A stretch of 64,000 nt of DNA, taken from NCBI RefSeq assembly GCF_001194135.2, contig NC_069000.1:46998130-47062129 (forward strand), in the 5' to 3' direction. The position numbers and the translations under genes are program-made. A model generated the notes under the pieces. That model saw nothing but the letters and a program-made list of their open reading frames with translations. It did not search any database and was not told the origin of the DNA. This DNA is from Octopus bimaculoides (taxonomy: Eukaryota). Positions 50,405 through 63,332 of this stretch are shown piece by piece; within the stretch, counting starts at the first letter, position 1; each line of letters starts with the position of its first letter.

Positions 50405-51669
50405 TCAGTCTTTCCAGTCTGGAAGGACCCGTGAAGGCCAAGGGCTCTGCCTTTCCAGCACATCCTACAAGTAAAAAAGAAAATAAACAAACAAAAAGAA
50501 ATCCTGTTCTGGAAGGATCTTCCCATAAATGAGAGAGAACCAAAGGGGACAATTTATAAAACCAGCTGACCCTTCCACTAATTGTTCCATGGATCTGGTT
50601 AATGTTATAGCCCCATCCACCATACAACCCTGCCCCTGTCCCAACTCCCTCATCACCCCTAGTTACATGCAAACCCCTCTTTTGCCCCAACCATTAGTCC
50701 ACACTAACCCCTTTTCTGAATCCTTCTTCCCCACTGGAACTCTTTCTTTGCACTTGAAACAGAATATTAAGATCACCTGCCTTGGTGGTGAGTGGGGGGG
50801 AGGCTTACAAAGCTGCCCCTCCCTCTTCACCCAATAAATAGATTCCACTATGGAATGGTTTTTCCATAATTAACAGAGAATCTCAGTGGACGTTGGACAT
50901 AACTTGGGAAGATAAATCAAGAATTTTTAGTGAGAAATAATTAGGATTTGTTGTAGACAATAAATTGTAGTTAATCACTTATATCAGAACGGCATGCATC
51001 CTGAAATAGTACCCAACAGAAATATTAGATATGTGTTACCTTGTGTGGGTCAATCTCCATTTTACTGATATCAACTTCGCAGTAGGAATGGTTTCTCTTC
51101 ACTGGGGATAGAAAACAGCAGTTTAACAATGGTTCACTTGAGGCATATATTTAGCTGATTAAATAGAAACAATATTTCACTGCAAGTAACCATGCAGCGG
51201 ACCTTAAGTGAAAATGCATGCGTGTGTGCCTACTTGAACTGCGGCCAGGCTGGAGCACCACCTTTTAGTTGAATAAATCAATCCTAACAGCTATTTTTTA
51301 TTGCCCTTAGAAAAAATGAAACACAGAGTGGATCTAAACAGTACTTCCATATAACATGAAGGGCTACAAATAATAAAATAAACCACCACAAAATATTTTG
51401 TCTGAAGCTCTACCAGCCAAGTGCCTCAGCCAATCGTCTACCAGTATGAGGGGAATATTATTAAATGTGAAGGTATTCTGCTAATATTGTTATATTTCAG
51501 GATGGTCATTTTTTTCCATAAATGGACTGTGGCCATGCTGGGGCACTGCTTTCAAGAGTCAAACATCGACTCCAGTACTAATTTTTATTTTTAAAACTGA
51601 TACAAACTGCTAAGTTACAGGGTTGTAAACACACCAACTCTGGTTGTCATCAGTGGAGGGGGACAAACG

Positions 51670-51712
<43 letters not shown>

Positions 51713-52328
51713 GATGGGCTTCTTTCAGTCTCCGTGTACCGAAGCTATAGCAGAAGACACTTGCCTGAGGTGCCAGGCAGTGGGTCTGAACCCAGAACCA
51801 TATGACTGGGAAGCAAACTTCCCGCACAACTACATTGGTGCCTATATGTTGAGAGGATCGATATATTTGTGGGGAATACACCTCACCCCTACGGATGGTG
51901 GTGGCGGTGCAGAAGAGAAAAACAGTCTTGTTTTCGAACACGCATGACTTGTTTTAAGTTCCGACCAGTTTCAACACAGTCCCAAAGATATTCCAACCAC
52001 AAACAACGAGCATTCGATTTTAAACAAACCGTCTACGTTATCCAGTATGTCTTTTTATTTCTAAAACAGTGAGATGTGATTTAAATGAGACATAGCTATT
52101 GTTCGTAACAGGTCGAAAGACCATGTAGAGGCTCTCCCTCCTTGGCCACGACCTGCACGGAGTTGTCTCTTTGCCCATAAAAAAAAAAATCCTTGATCTT
52201 GAATCAACACCCAGTGACCTCCCTTTGATTTTTAAGTTAAGCCGTTGCTGTTGTCTCCCTTGCTAATCTGTGTTAATTATAAAAGTCATTTCACTCACCA
52301 ATTGGAGGCAATGGAGCGACTTCCGGCT
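50405..52328 (-). CDS. 3' exons of an unidentified small protein gene
   Basis: Exons 52299-52328 (tttcag/GTGAGT), 51040-51101 (ccccag/GTAACA) and 50405-50464 (long T-tract ttgtag, ending in TGA) join in phase to give [50 protein letters not shown]. I do not recognise a homolog. Confidence 0.55.
51520..51845 (-). mobile_element. SINE family B
   Basis: Head, internal (TA)n and tail are present. Confidence 0.75.
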
Positions 52329-52599
52329 CTGAAATACAAATAGAAATTTTTTTATTTACATATTGATTTCTCTGTCTGGGCCTTGAACTTCATAAAAACA
52401 TTAATAAATGCTGTCTAAAGGAAGGATCTAACCAGAAGTTTGTGAAGAGGGAAGGGGCGAGTCGGCTAAATCGAACCCCGTACAAGACTGGTACTTGATT
52501 TTATCAACCCCGAAAGGATGAAAGGCAAAGATGACCTTGACAAGATTTGGACAACATCAGCACCGGATGGTCACAGTTTAGAAAAAAAAAAATGACATT

Positions 52600-52905
52600 T
52601 CGTTGGTGACGACAATAACGAGGGTCCCAGTTGATCCGATCAAACAGAACAGCCTGCTCATGAAATTAACATGCAAGTGGCTGAGTGCTCCACAGACATG
52701 TGTATTCTTAACGTAGGGAGATTCAGCATGACACAGAATGTAACAAGGCTGGCCCCTTTGAATTACAGGTACAACTCACGTTTGCCAGCTGAGTGAACTG
52801 GAGCAATGTGAAATAAAGTGTCTTGCTCAAGGACACAACACGTCGCCGGGAATTGAACTCGTGACCTTATGATCATGAGCTGAACACGCCGACCGCTAAG
52901 CCACA
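52600..52905 (-). mobile_element. SINE family C (CORE-like segment)
   Basis: Homologous to 22215-22500 along its length. Confidence 0.75.
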
Positions 52906-53845
52906 CACTGGATTGTCTCAGAGAACAGAGAATCAGAACAAACACCACCAGATATTCTATCCCACTCCCTAAAAACTCTACCAATTCCTTATAATTTCTT
53001 GGAGAAAACATTCTTCGATATTTAGAAGAGAGAATTGGTTCAGGAATCTCTTGGAATATTGTGACAACACCTGGGTTGGAAACTGTGACACAGGGATTAG
53101 AAACTGTGAGCTGTGGGTCGGGAATTGTTGACTCAGAGGAATGTTCAGTTATATAAGAGTGGTGAAGTTAAACAGATACGAGAGGGGAGGGAGGAGAAAG
53201 AAAGAAACGGAAAATAAAAGAAAAGAGTGAAAGTGTGACTGGCAGAGAGAGAGAGAGCAGGAAAGACTGGGAGACAGAAAGCAAAAGAGAGAGAGAGAGA
53301 GAGAGAGAGAGAAATGGAAATGCAATTCTGGGGATGTTGAAGCTGTGGACCTGAACGAAAACCCCAGCAAATTACAGAGGTTGTTACCATGGAAATAAAA
53401 ATGCCATATTTAGATTTTTGGTGTCTGACAGAGTTGTTCTGTGATTCCAGGATGTTTGAAGTGAAAATTGTCTCATTTAAAAGTGGAAAACATAAACAAA
53501 AAGTAAAACAATTGTTGTAGGGGTCATGTTAGGACTGGAAGGATGTGAACATCCTTTTGGCTAGGAATCAAAAATTGAGCATGTCTGAGGCCAATAGTGT
53601 CAAATTAGAGTTCATCATATTCAATAGCAACTTATGTGTGTGTGAATATACATATATGTACGTGTATGTATATATATATATATACTTAAATAAATTGAAG
53701 TAGCATGAAACGTGCGTACTGCAATCACTTTTGAAATCCGTGTTGCTTATTATTTGATTCTAATCACCCATCCTTTTGGGATGTGATATTCGGGTGCCTT
53801 CGCATAAGTACCATATTCAAGCCTTGAATCTATATTTAAACCGTC

Positions 53846-53877
<32 letters not shown>

Positions 53878-54112
53878 GAATGTAGGATTACAAGAGTTCC
53901 TTGAATTACTGGAACAGGTCATCTCTTGTGACAGTGGAATGCCTTATCTCATCCTGTATACAATAAGAATGGCTTGTATTCCTCCTCACTCAGGCCCATC
54001 CTCTGTTCTCATGCCATTCTACTTACACGACTCTTAATAGAGGAGTGGAATATGAAACAGAGAACTGAGAAGGCCAAGCTTTAAATATATATCAAGCTGC
54101 ACAAAACATATA

Positions 54113-54145
<33 letters not shown>

Positions 54146-54314
54146 ATTATGGCAGTAAGGTCAAAAGTGTGTCTCCCAATCAATTGATTTCATGTTCAGT
54201 CCTAGTGTCTTCTATTTTAGCCCCAGGCTAACCAAAGCCTTATGAGCAGATTTAGTAAACGGAAACTACAAGAAGCTTGTCCTATTATTATATATGTATA
54301 TAAGTGTCTGTGTA

Positions 54315-55080
54315 TCATCATCATCATTTAACGACTGGTGTCCATGCTGGCATGGGTTGGACTGGTTTGACCAGAGCTGGCAACGGCCATGCTCAAATGT
54401 GTTTTTTTACGTGCCACCTGCACAGGAGTCAGTCCAATGTGCCAGTAAGGCAAAGCTGGAAACGATCGCGCTCAAATGGTGCTTTTTACGTGCCACCAGC
54501 ACAGAAGTGAGACCAGTGATCCCACTTGGATGGTGATGTTAATGCTCCACTGGCACGGGTGCCAGTCATCGAATTTGGTTCAGTTTCGATCTCACTTGCC
54601 CCAACAGGTCTTCACAAGCTGAGTTTAGTGTCCAATAAAGGAAGGTTGGCATGGGTGCCAGTCAAGGAATTTGGTTCAATTTTCGATTTCGATTTCACTT
54701 GCCTCAACAGGTCTTCGCAAGCAGAGTTTTGTGTCCAATGAAGGAAAGGTACGCATAAGTGGGCTGGCCACACCCCTGGTAAAGGCCACAGATTATGGTC
54801 TCACTTGGCTTGGTGGGTCTTCTCACACACTGCATATTTCCAAAGGTCTCGGTCACTAGTCATTGCCTCAGTGAGGCCTAATGTTTAAAGGTCGTGCTTC
54901 ACTACCTTGTCCCAGGTCTTCCTGGGTCTACCTCTTCCACAGGTTCCCTCAACTGCTAGGGTTTGGCACTTTTTCACACAGCTATCCTTCATTCATTCTT
55001 GCCACATGACCATACAATCATCTCTCTTGCAAACCACAACTGATGCTTCTTAGGTCCAACTTTTCTCTCAAGGTACTTAC
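54315..55080 (-). mobile_element. 5'-truncated RTE LINE (ORF C-terminus plus 3' UTR)
   Basis: The coding remnant reads VSTLREKLDLRSISCG...GRPRKTWDKVV and is followed by the same UTR family and a (GAT)n tail. Confidence 0.8.
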
Positions 55081-55300
55081 ATTGGAACATTGCTAAGTAG
55101 GGATGTGATCCACAGAAGACCAGCTTCATCTTAATGTATGATACATGTTCCTGTGTTGGTAATTATACTTGTCCTAAACAAAATGGCATTACTTTTTGAC
55201 TCACCCTCGTATATATATATATCCGAGCGTCATACTAATATATACTTTTGTTATTTACACCACCTGTCCTCGTCTGTTGTTATTTTTTGTATATTCTCCC

Positions 55301-55333
<33 letters not shown>

Positions 55334-55628
55334 TATGAGTATACACGCACACACACACACAAATAGTGTGTGTGTATTATCATCAGCATCATTTTAATAT
55401 CCACTTTGCCATACATTTATGAGTCAGACAGGTTTTCTACAGCCACATAACCTTCCTGTCACTAAATAAGGTAATATTTCCGTTTGAGCAAATATGTTTT
55501 TATACAAAACTAGAAACAAGGAACAATAACACAACCCATTTCTCTTTATTGTAAGATGTCAGGACAGTGTGACACAAACACGCCCACATATATATACGTA
55601 TGGATCTCTGTACGCACGCACACATCTA

Positions 55629-56150
55629 TCATCATCATCGTTTAACGTCCGCTTTCCATGCTAGCATGGGTTGGACGATTTGACTGAGGACTGGTGAAAC
55701 CGGATGGCAACACCAGGCTCCAGTCTGATTTGGCAGAGTTTCTACAGCTGGATGCCCTTCCTAACGCCAACCACTCAGAGAGTGTAGTGGGTGCTTTTAC
55801 GTGTCACCCGCACGAAAACGGCCACGCTCGAAATGGTGTCTTTTATGTGCCACCCGCACAAGCCAGTCCAGGGGCGCTGGCAACGATCTCGCTCGAAAAT
55901 CCTACAGGAGCCAGTCAGGCGGTACTGGCAACGGCCACGCTCAAAATGGTGCATCTCATGTGCCACCCGCACAAGAACCAGTCCAGGGGCACTGGCAACG
56001 ATCTTACTTGGCTTGCCGGGTCTTCTCACGCACAGCCCATTTCCAAAGGTCTCGGTCCGTAGTCATCGCCTCGGTGAGGCCCAATGTACGAAGGTCTTGC
56101 CTCACCACCTCAGCCCAGGTCTTCCTGGGCCTACCTCTTCCACGGGTTAA
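55629..56150 (-). mobile_element. Young 5'-truncated RTE LINE
   Basis: The ORF end reads TRGRGRPRKTWAEVVRQDLRTLGLTEAMTTDRDLWKWAVREKTRQAK*, followed by a 3' UTR and a (GAT)n tail. Confidence 0.85.
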
Positions 56151-56990
56151 TNNNNNNNNNNNNNNNNNNNNNNNNNNNNNNNNNNNNNNNNNNNNNNNNN
56201 NNNNNNNNNNNNNNNNNNNNNNNNNNNNNNNNNNNNNNNNNNNNNNNNNNNNNNNNNNNNNNNNNNNNNNNNNNNNNNNNNNNNNNNNNNNNNNNNNNNN
56301 NNNNNNNNNNNNNNNNNNNNNNNNNNNNNNNNNNNNNNNNNNNNNNNNNNNNNNNNNNNNNNNNNNNNNNNNNNNNNNNNNNNNNNNNNNNNNNNNNNNN
56401 NNNNNNNNNNNNNNNNNNNNNNNNNNNNNNNNNNNNNNNNNNNNNNNNNNNNNNNNNNNNNNNNNNNNNNNNNNNNNNNNNNNNNNNNNNNNNNNNNNNN
56501 NNNNNNNNNNNNNNNNNNNNNNNNNNNNNNNNNNNNNNNNNNNNNNNNNNNNNNNNNNNNNNNNNNNNNNNNNNNNNNNNNNNNNNNNNNNNNNNNNNNN
56601 NNNNNNNNNNNNNNNNNNNNNNNNNNNNNNNNNNNNNNNNNNNNNNNNNNNNNNNNNNNNNNNNNNNNNNNNNNNNNNNNNNNNNNNNNNNNNNNNNNNN
56701 NNNNNNNNNNNNNNNNNNNNNNNNNNNNNNNNNNNNNNNNNNNNNNNNNNNNNNNNNNNNNNNNNNNNNNNNNNNNNNNNNNNNNNNNNNNNNNNNNNNN
56801 NNNNNNNNNNNNNNNNNNNNNNNNNNNNNNNNNNNNNNNNNNNNNNNNNNNNNNNNNNNNNNNNNNNNNNNNNNNNNNNNNNNNNNNNNNNNNNNNNNNN
56901 NNNNNNNNNNNNNNNNNNNNNNNNNNNNNNNNNNNNNNNNNNNNNNNNNNNNNNNNNNNNNNNNNNNNNNNNNNNNNNNNNNNNNACATC

Positions 56991-57511
56991 TATCATCATC
57001 ATCGTTTAACGTCCGCTTTCCATGCTAGCATGGGTTGGACGATTTGACTGAGGACTGGTGAAACCGGATGGCAACACCAGGCTCCAGTCTGATTTGGCAG
57101 AGTTTCTACAGCTGGATGCCCTTCCTAACGCCAACCACTCAGAGAGTGTAGTGGGTGCTTTTACGTGTCACCCGCACGAAAACGGCCACGCTCGAAATGG
57201 TGTCTTTTATGTGCCACCCGCACAAGCCAGTCCAGGGGCACTGGCAACGATCTCGCTCGAAAATCCTACAGGAGCCAGTCAGGCGGTACTGGCAACGGCC
57301 ACGCTCAAAATGGTGCATCTCATGTGCCACCCGCACAAGAACCAGTCCAGGGGCACTGGCAACGATCTTACTTGGCTTGCCGGGTCTTCTCACGCACAGC
57401 CCATTTCCAAAGGTCTCGGTCCGTAGTCATCGCCTCGGTGAGGCCCAATGTACGAAGGTCTTGCCTCACCACCTCAGCCCAGGTCTTCCTGGGCCTACCT
57501 CTTCCACGGGT
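56991..57511 (-). mobile_element. Second copy of the 55629 RTE across an N gap (probably an assembly duplicate)
   Basis: Same sequence, same truncation point and same short flanks. I saw one substitution (ggggcgctgg vs ggggcactgg). Confidence 0.8.
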
Positions 57512-57617
57512 TAATCATTCTGATTGAATCTTCCATATGTTAACATGTACCTCTTTGCAATAATGTAAACTCTCAACCAAGATATCCTTGGTCAGAAGAG
57601 TAGCCAACAGTATGCAC

Positions 57618-58297
57618 CTTGCCTGGATATTGACCACTTCTGAGGTTCCGCTCGCTATGAAATGTGTGTGGCCTGGACATTATCTAATCTTGCATTCCAG
57701 CCAACCCTGGTCACTTACCGTGAAATATGAAAAGAACTTTTTTGAGTTTATCGTACTTTTTTACTATTTTACTTGTTTCAGTCATTTGACTGTGGCCATG
57801 CTGGAGCACTGCCTTTAGTCGAGCAAATCGACCCCAGGACTTATTCTTTGTAAGCCTAGTACTTATTCTATCATTCACTTTTGCCGAACCGTTATGTTAC
57901 CGAGACGTAAACACACCAGCATCGGTTGTCAAGCAATATTGGGGGAACAAACACAGACACACAAACATATACACACACACACAATATATATATATATATA
58001 CTACGGGTTTCTTTCAGTTTTCCGTCTACCAAATCCACTCACAAGGCTTTGGTCGGCCTGAGGCTATAGTAGAAGACACTTGCCCAAGGTGCCACGCAGT
58101 GGGACTGAACCCGGAACCATGTGGTTGGGAAGCAAGCTACTTATCACACAACCACTCCTAAGCCTATACTCCGATACAAAAAAGAAAAAATTCACCATCT
58201 TCCGTCTCAATAAACCACTATCGTCCCTGGAAGTTGCTTTTATATTTACTAGACTGCTTGAAGCCAACTTTCTTCCAACACTTCGATCTCTGGATCT

Positions 58298-58330
<33 letters not shown>

Positions 58331-58580
58331 GACAACAAAAGAATGAATGAGAACTCGATATTATGTAAATAGAGGAATTTATCTATAAATATATAATAAA
58401 GGACAACCACTTAGTTGTTATAATAATACTCAGAGTTTTAGATGCCCGGGATAAAGGACACCCTAATCAGTTATTAAAACAAAAAGCTATGGAGAAAGAA
58501 AAAAAAAAACGTTGAATAAAGGGAAGTTACTCTAATAGGCATGGGAAAAAGTAAGTAAAAGATATAAAAATCCAACCACG

Positions 58581-58642
<62 letters not shown>

Positions 58643-59019
58643 AGAGTTACGGAATGGAGTATGGGAAATGTGGGATACATATGTTTCAGAGCGAGTGAAG
58701 CCACAAGTGAGGTATATACCTCCAGCCACTCTTCAGACCAAAGATATCTTGATTAGATTAAAGATTACATTGTCGCAAGGAGGTATATGTTGACGCAAAG
58801 ATTCAATATATCTATATAAATATATATGTGTGTGTATACATAATTATATATGTAAATAAAAGTTACATAGACGTATAAAGAATTTCTTATATGTATGTAT
58901 ATAGAATTTGTAAAAATAATTAAGTATATTTATATTTATATATACATAAGTACGTGTATACATAGATTAAAACAGAAAGACAGCCTACCTTTTTTCCGAC
59001 AACAATTAAACAACGACAT
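57618..59019 (-). CDS. Candidate 5' exons of the same unidentified gene
   Basis: Exons 58989-59019 (GCCATG context, MSLFNCCRKK, donor GTAGGC), 58720-58747, 58196-58295 and 57618-57654 (weak GTGCAT donor) chain in phase to each other and to the 52328 exon. I selected them by eye, so chance joins are possible. Confidence 0.35.
57765..58160 (-). mobile_element. tRNA-derived SINE, family B (internal microsatellite), near full length
   Basis: The minus strand reads gtggttgtgtgataagtagcttgcttcccaaccacatggttccgggttcagtccc...gcaagtgtcttctactatagcc...(TA/TG)n...gctccagcatggccacagtcaaatgactgaaacaagt. Confidence 0.85.
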
Positions 59020-59974
59020 GGCAGTAATATTGTGACAGTCCACTTGTGACAATCGAGTTAAAATGTTAGCTTTGTGAATAAACTGTTCTATGTTCACACA
59101 CACATATACATGCACGTTTAAATACACACTGATATGGGTGTGTGTGTGTGTGTATGCTGTTGTGTGTGAATATATATGTATATGTATAAATGTTTATATT
59201 GTATATCTGTGTGTGTGTATTATAGAGAGAGATACAGAGAGAGTGTGTGTAAAACAAATATATATACTGCGTACATACATGTGTATGCATGTATATGTGT
59301 ATATATATATAAAAGTAGTCAAAGTGTGTGTGTGTGTGTGTGCGTGCGTGAATGTGTTTTGTCAATTCTGTCACAACCGGATATGTGCACAAAACGATTG
59401 TTTGTTGTTGTTGTTGTTGTTGTTGGAGGTGGTGGTGGTGTATTTGGAGGGGGCAGTGGTTGTAGTGAGAGAGGTAGTGTTAGTGATGATAGTGGTGGTG
59501 CTGGTGGTGATGGTGGTTGTGTTGCTGCCTCACACTCAAATATTCTCAACCATATCCCTATAAAGGGGTCACTCAGTCAACTTTCACAAAGTTCCCCCTA
59601 TCAACACATTTCGAATAATAAACTACTCCAATGGCTTCCTCTCCATTCGACCACTAACCTTTATCTTCACTGCTCCGTCATCCTAACAATTCTGCCAGTT
59701 CACCATTTTACATACAATAATAATATTGCTTACATTATTTACATTATTTACATTTGACGGATATTTGTCCCCATCTTGTTTGTTGTTGTCGTTTCAGCTG
59801 ATATACCCTCCAGCCTTCACATGGTGTCTGGGGGAAATTTCGAACCTGGGTTCTCATTCCTAAGGTATTTTTTGATGTTATTATTATTATTATCGGAACC
59901 TTAGGGTTAGTAGCCCACGCTCTTAGCCACTACGCCATATGCCCGTGATCTTAAATATAGAACTATAATAATAT

Positions 59975-60370
59975 CGGTTTCAAATTTTGGCACAATTTCA
60001 GAGGAGGGTTAAGTCAATAACATTGACCCCAGTACACACCTGGTACCTATATTATTGACTCCAAAAGGGATGAAAGGCAAAGTCAACCTCAATGGAATTT
60101 GAACTCAAAATGAAAAAAGCAGACGAAATACCTATTTCTTTACTGCCCACAAGGGGCTACACACAGAGGGGACAAACAAGGACAGACAAACGGTTTAAGT
60201 CGATTATATCGACCCCAGTGCGTAACTGGTACTTAATTTATCGACCCCGAAAGGATGAAAGGCAAAGTCGACCTCGGCGGAATTTAAACTCAGAACGCAG
60301 TTAAGTGAACTCAGAAATACCGTTAAGTGTTTTACCTGGCATGCTAACAATTCTGTCAGCTTGCTGCCTC
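59975..60370 (-). mobile_element. One partial and one full SINE family A copy
   Basis: Copies at about 59975-60130 and 60131-60370. Confidence 0.8.
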
Positions 60371-60419
<49 letters not shown>

Positions 60420-60422
<3 letters not shown>

Positions 60423-60598
60423 TTCAAGAATTAGACGAACTAGAAACACCTGCAGAAAAAGCTAAGCGCTTGAAAACCCGTGCTAAAATTGCTGCCTTAG
60501 ATATTATGACTGAAAAATGGCATGGAAAACCTCTCAATGGCAAATACCCAAAGAGAGCGAATAATGCAGATAGTGACAAAGCCCTTACCCATCAATGT
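60420..60598 (+). mobile_element. R4/Dong-like internal fragment (second family)
   Basis: IQELDELETPAEKAKRLKTRAK...KWHGKPLNGKYPKRANNADSDKALTHQ corresponds to the segment that precedes the IAAQDQ motif in this clade. It begins immediately after an (AAT)n tract. Confidence 0.65.
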
Positions 60599-60783
60599 AT
60601 ATATTATCTATAAAAAAATGAAGTAGACTGACATACCAAATTTCGAACTCGTTGAAGGGAATACGAGATACCGAAATATTGTGTTCAGCAAATTGAATTA
60701 TGGAACTGTTCTTCTTTATCTACATATTCCCTCCAGAGGAGTCATAGCAGTCCTATATTATCTATAATGATAATAATAATAAT

Positions 60784-61985
60784 AAAAGGGTGAAGATGGT
60801 GTTGAAATCCAACCTGGATGCCAAAAATTTGATTACCGCAATGAATATCTGGGCAGTTATGATGGTCAGATATAGTGCGTCCATCCTCAAATTAACTAAG
60901 GAGGAAATATCAGCACTGGATAGAAGGATGAGAAAATTGATGACGCTGCGCATGGAGCGCTAAATCCTAAAGCAAACATAAACAGACTGTATATGAAAAG
61001 AAAGAATGGTGGCAGAGGAGTAATTAGGATAAGGAGTAAAAGGAGAACGTTTACTGAGTATTTGATGAAGACCTGCTGCAATATGCCATGAAAGATATGG
61101 GTGTAAATGCAGATGTAATGATGGACGAGGAAGAATTAAACCAAAGAGCTGAGGAGGTGATAAAAGAAGACTTTCTTGAAATGAGAATGCATGGACAGTT
61201 TGAAAGGAATCCACAAGATGTTAAGGATAATACAACATCGTTGGCATGGCTTGAGCGAGGTGATTTGAAGTGTATCACCAAAAGCCTGATCATTGCTGCA
61301 CAAGACCAGGCTCTCGCTACCAATTCAGTGAAGTATAACATCTATAAAATTTCTGACACCCAGAAAAGCAGACTCTGTAGAAAGAGTGTGGAAAATGTGA
61401 CCCACTTGGTAAGTAGATGTGAGAACCTTGCACAAGTGCTGCCACGATATGTATATCTTCATTGGTTCTTATGCCGTAAATACCAATATGAAGTAATAGA
61501 GAACTGGTATGAGCATGTACCAAGTAAAGTTATGCAGGAAGATGGAAAAGTAACGATATTCTGGGACCGTGATTTTCAGACGGATCGTGTAATCAAGCAC
61601 CGTCAGCCGGATATTGTCATATTGAATAAGAGAGACAAATACTGTCAGATCATTGATGTAGCCATACAAAATGACATGAATGTTGTGAGTAAAGAGGTTG
61701 AAAAGATCACCAAGTACTCAGAATTGAAAGTGGAAATGACAAGACTGTATGGAATGCAAGAGCATATTGTAAAAGTGACACTAGTGGTAATCGGAGAGCT
61801 GGGCTCAATCCCATTGAAACTTAAGGCAACTGGAAATCTCAAGCAAGGTTGATGTCTTGCGAAATGCAGCCTTATTAGGCACAGCGCACGTCTTAAGGAA
61901 AGTATTATCTGTTTGAGGTCCTTGTTGTGACTTGACAGATGACTAAAGACTCTGGTGCCTTTTTACCTACACTGTGTTATGGAGG
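60784..61985 (+). mobile_element. 5'-truncated R4/Dong-clade non-LTR retrotransposon (RT C-terminus, Zn knuckle, REL endonuclease), decayed
   Basis: KSNLDAKNLITAMNIWAV, LYMKRKNGGRG, IIAAQDQALATN, degenerate CCHC (SRLCRKSVENVTHLVSRC), IFWDRDFQTDRVIKHRQPDIVILNK, IIDVAI, EKITKYSEL, VVIGELG. Frameshifted and flanked by (TAA)n on both sides. Confidence 0.88.
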
Positions 61986-62603
61986 AATGATAATAATAAT
62001 ATCAATAATAATGATAATGATAATATCAATAATAATGCTAATAATAATAATAATAATATTAAGGACACTCAAGCTACATTTTATTATCTTAAAAAGAACG
62101 CATTGAATAAGGTAGTCATAGATGAGGTGGTCATTAATGGAATGTCATTAATCATGGGGGGGGGGCTGCTCATCAAGAAACGACCTAGGGCTGAACAATC
62201 ATGGTAATTTGAAAGTGAATATCCAACAACAATAACCCTGTCCTGAATAAGAGAGAAAGAGAGGCGTTGCCCCTCCTCTCTGCTTCAGCACAGCACTCTT
62301 CATAAAACCAAAGTGTGGTCACACGATACTCGAAAGTGCAAAGAGTAGCAGGCCTGGTCTGTGTGTGTGTCACATTAGTTGAAGTAGGTGCCATTGTTTA
62401 AGCAGGCAGGAAGGATGGAAGAGAAGGATCCTTGTTTGAGAGGAGTTCAACAATTTAGAGCCCAAGAAACATCAGCCGGAAGAATTGGAAGGAAGACAAC
62501 TCCATTGTAGCAAGCCTTACACACACACACACACACACATATGAATGAGTGGATTTGGTAAACGGGTCGCAGTCTAATGATGGAAACCAATACATAATAT
62601 AAG

Positions 62604-62660
<57 letters not shown>

Positions 62661-62820
62661 AAGATTCAGATAGGATCAGGTATGTCTGTCATTATTCATT
62701 TGATTGTGTGTGTGTATAGATAGGTAGATAGATAGATAGATAGACGGACAGATGTAAATATATATATTCACATGTAAGCATATATATATGTATATGAATA
62801 TATATGTATATGTATGTATG

Positions 62821-62858
<38 letters not shown>

Positions 62859-63294
62859 CCTTGGAAATCTCCGTACATGAATGTTCCAGACAGGTGAAAC
62901 AACTTATCCAGGTGAGATTGAGAATGATAGTTATGGACATTTCACAACTGCTATCATTCCTTTGTACCATTTACTCAATTCTGTCTGAGACACTCAGTGT
63001 TCTTTAATACCCAGTGGGCTGTAGGGAACTTTCCCATGATGCTATCCACAGCAAAGTGGCATATAAAACAAACAAAACACATATGCTATGTGTGTGTGTG
63101 TGTGTGTATACACACAGACACACACACACACACACATATGGTAATCACACCATAGCACCTTTTATCTCAAGTTTGTGGCAAACTAGGTCGACCATAACAA
63201 CAGAAATACCAAATTATTTTCAGCCCATTTAAAAAATTTTCATTCAAGAGTAAAAGTTACCAAATTGTGTGGTCTTTAACTCTATCTCTCTCAC

Positions 63295-63332
<38 letters not shown>

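Noticed and set aside
55081-55173. Minus-strand exon candidate with a GTAAGT donor (MKLVFCGSHPYLAMFQ)
   Set aside because: The donor is part of the adjacent RTE coding remnant, and direct splicing to the 52328 exon creates a stop codon.
55694-56062. Repeated [19 protein letters not shown]... (also at 32770 and 57058)
   Set aside because: It is an antisense reading of the RTE 3' UTR, not a gene family.
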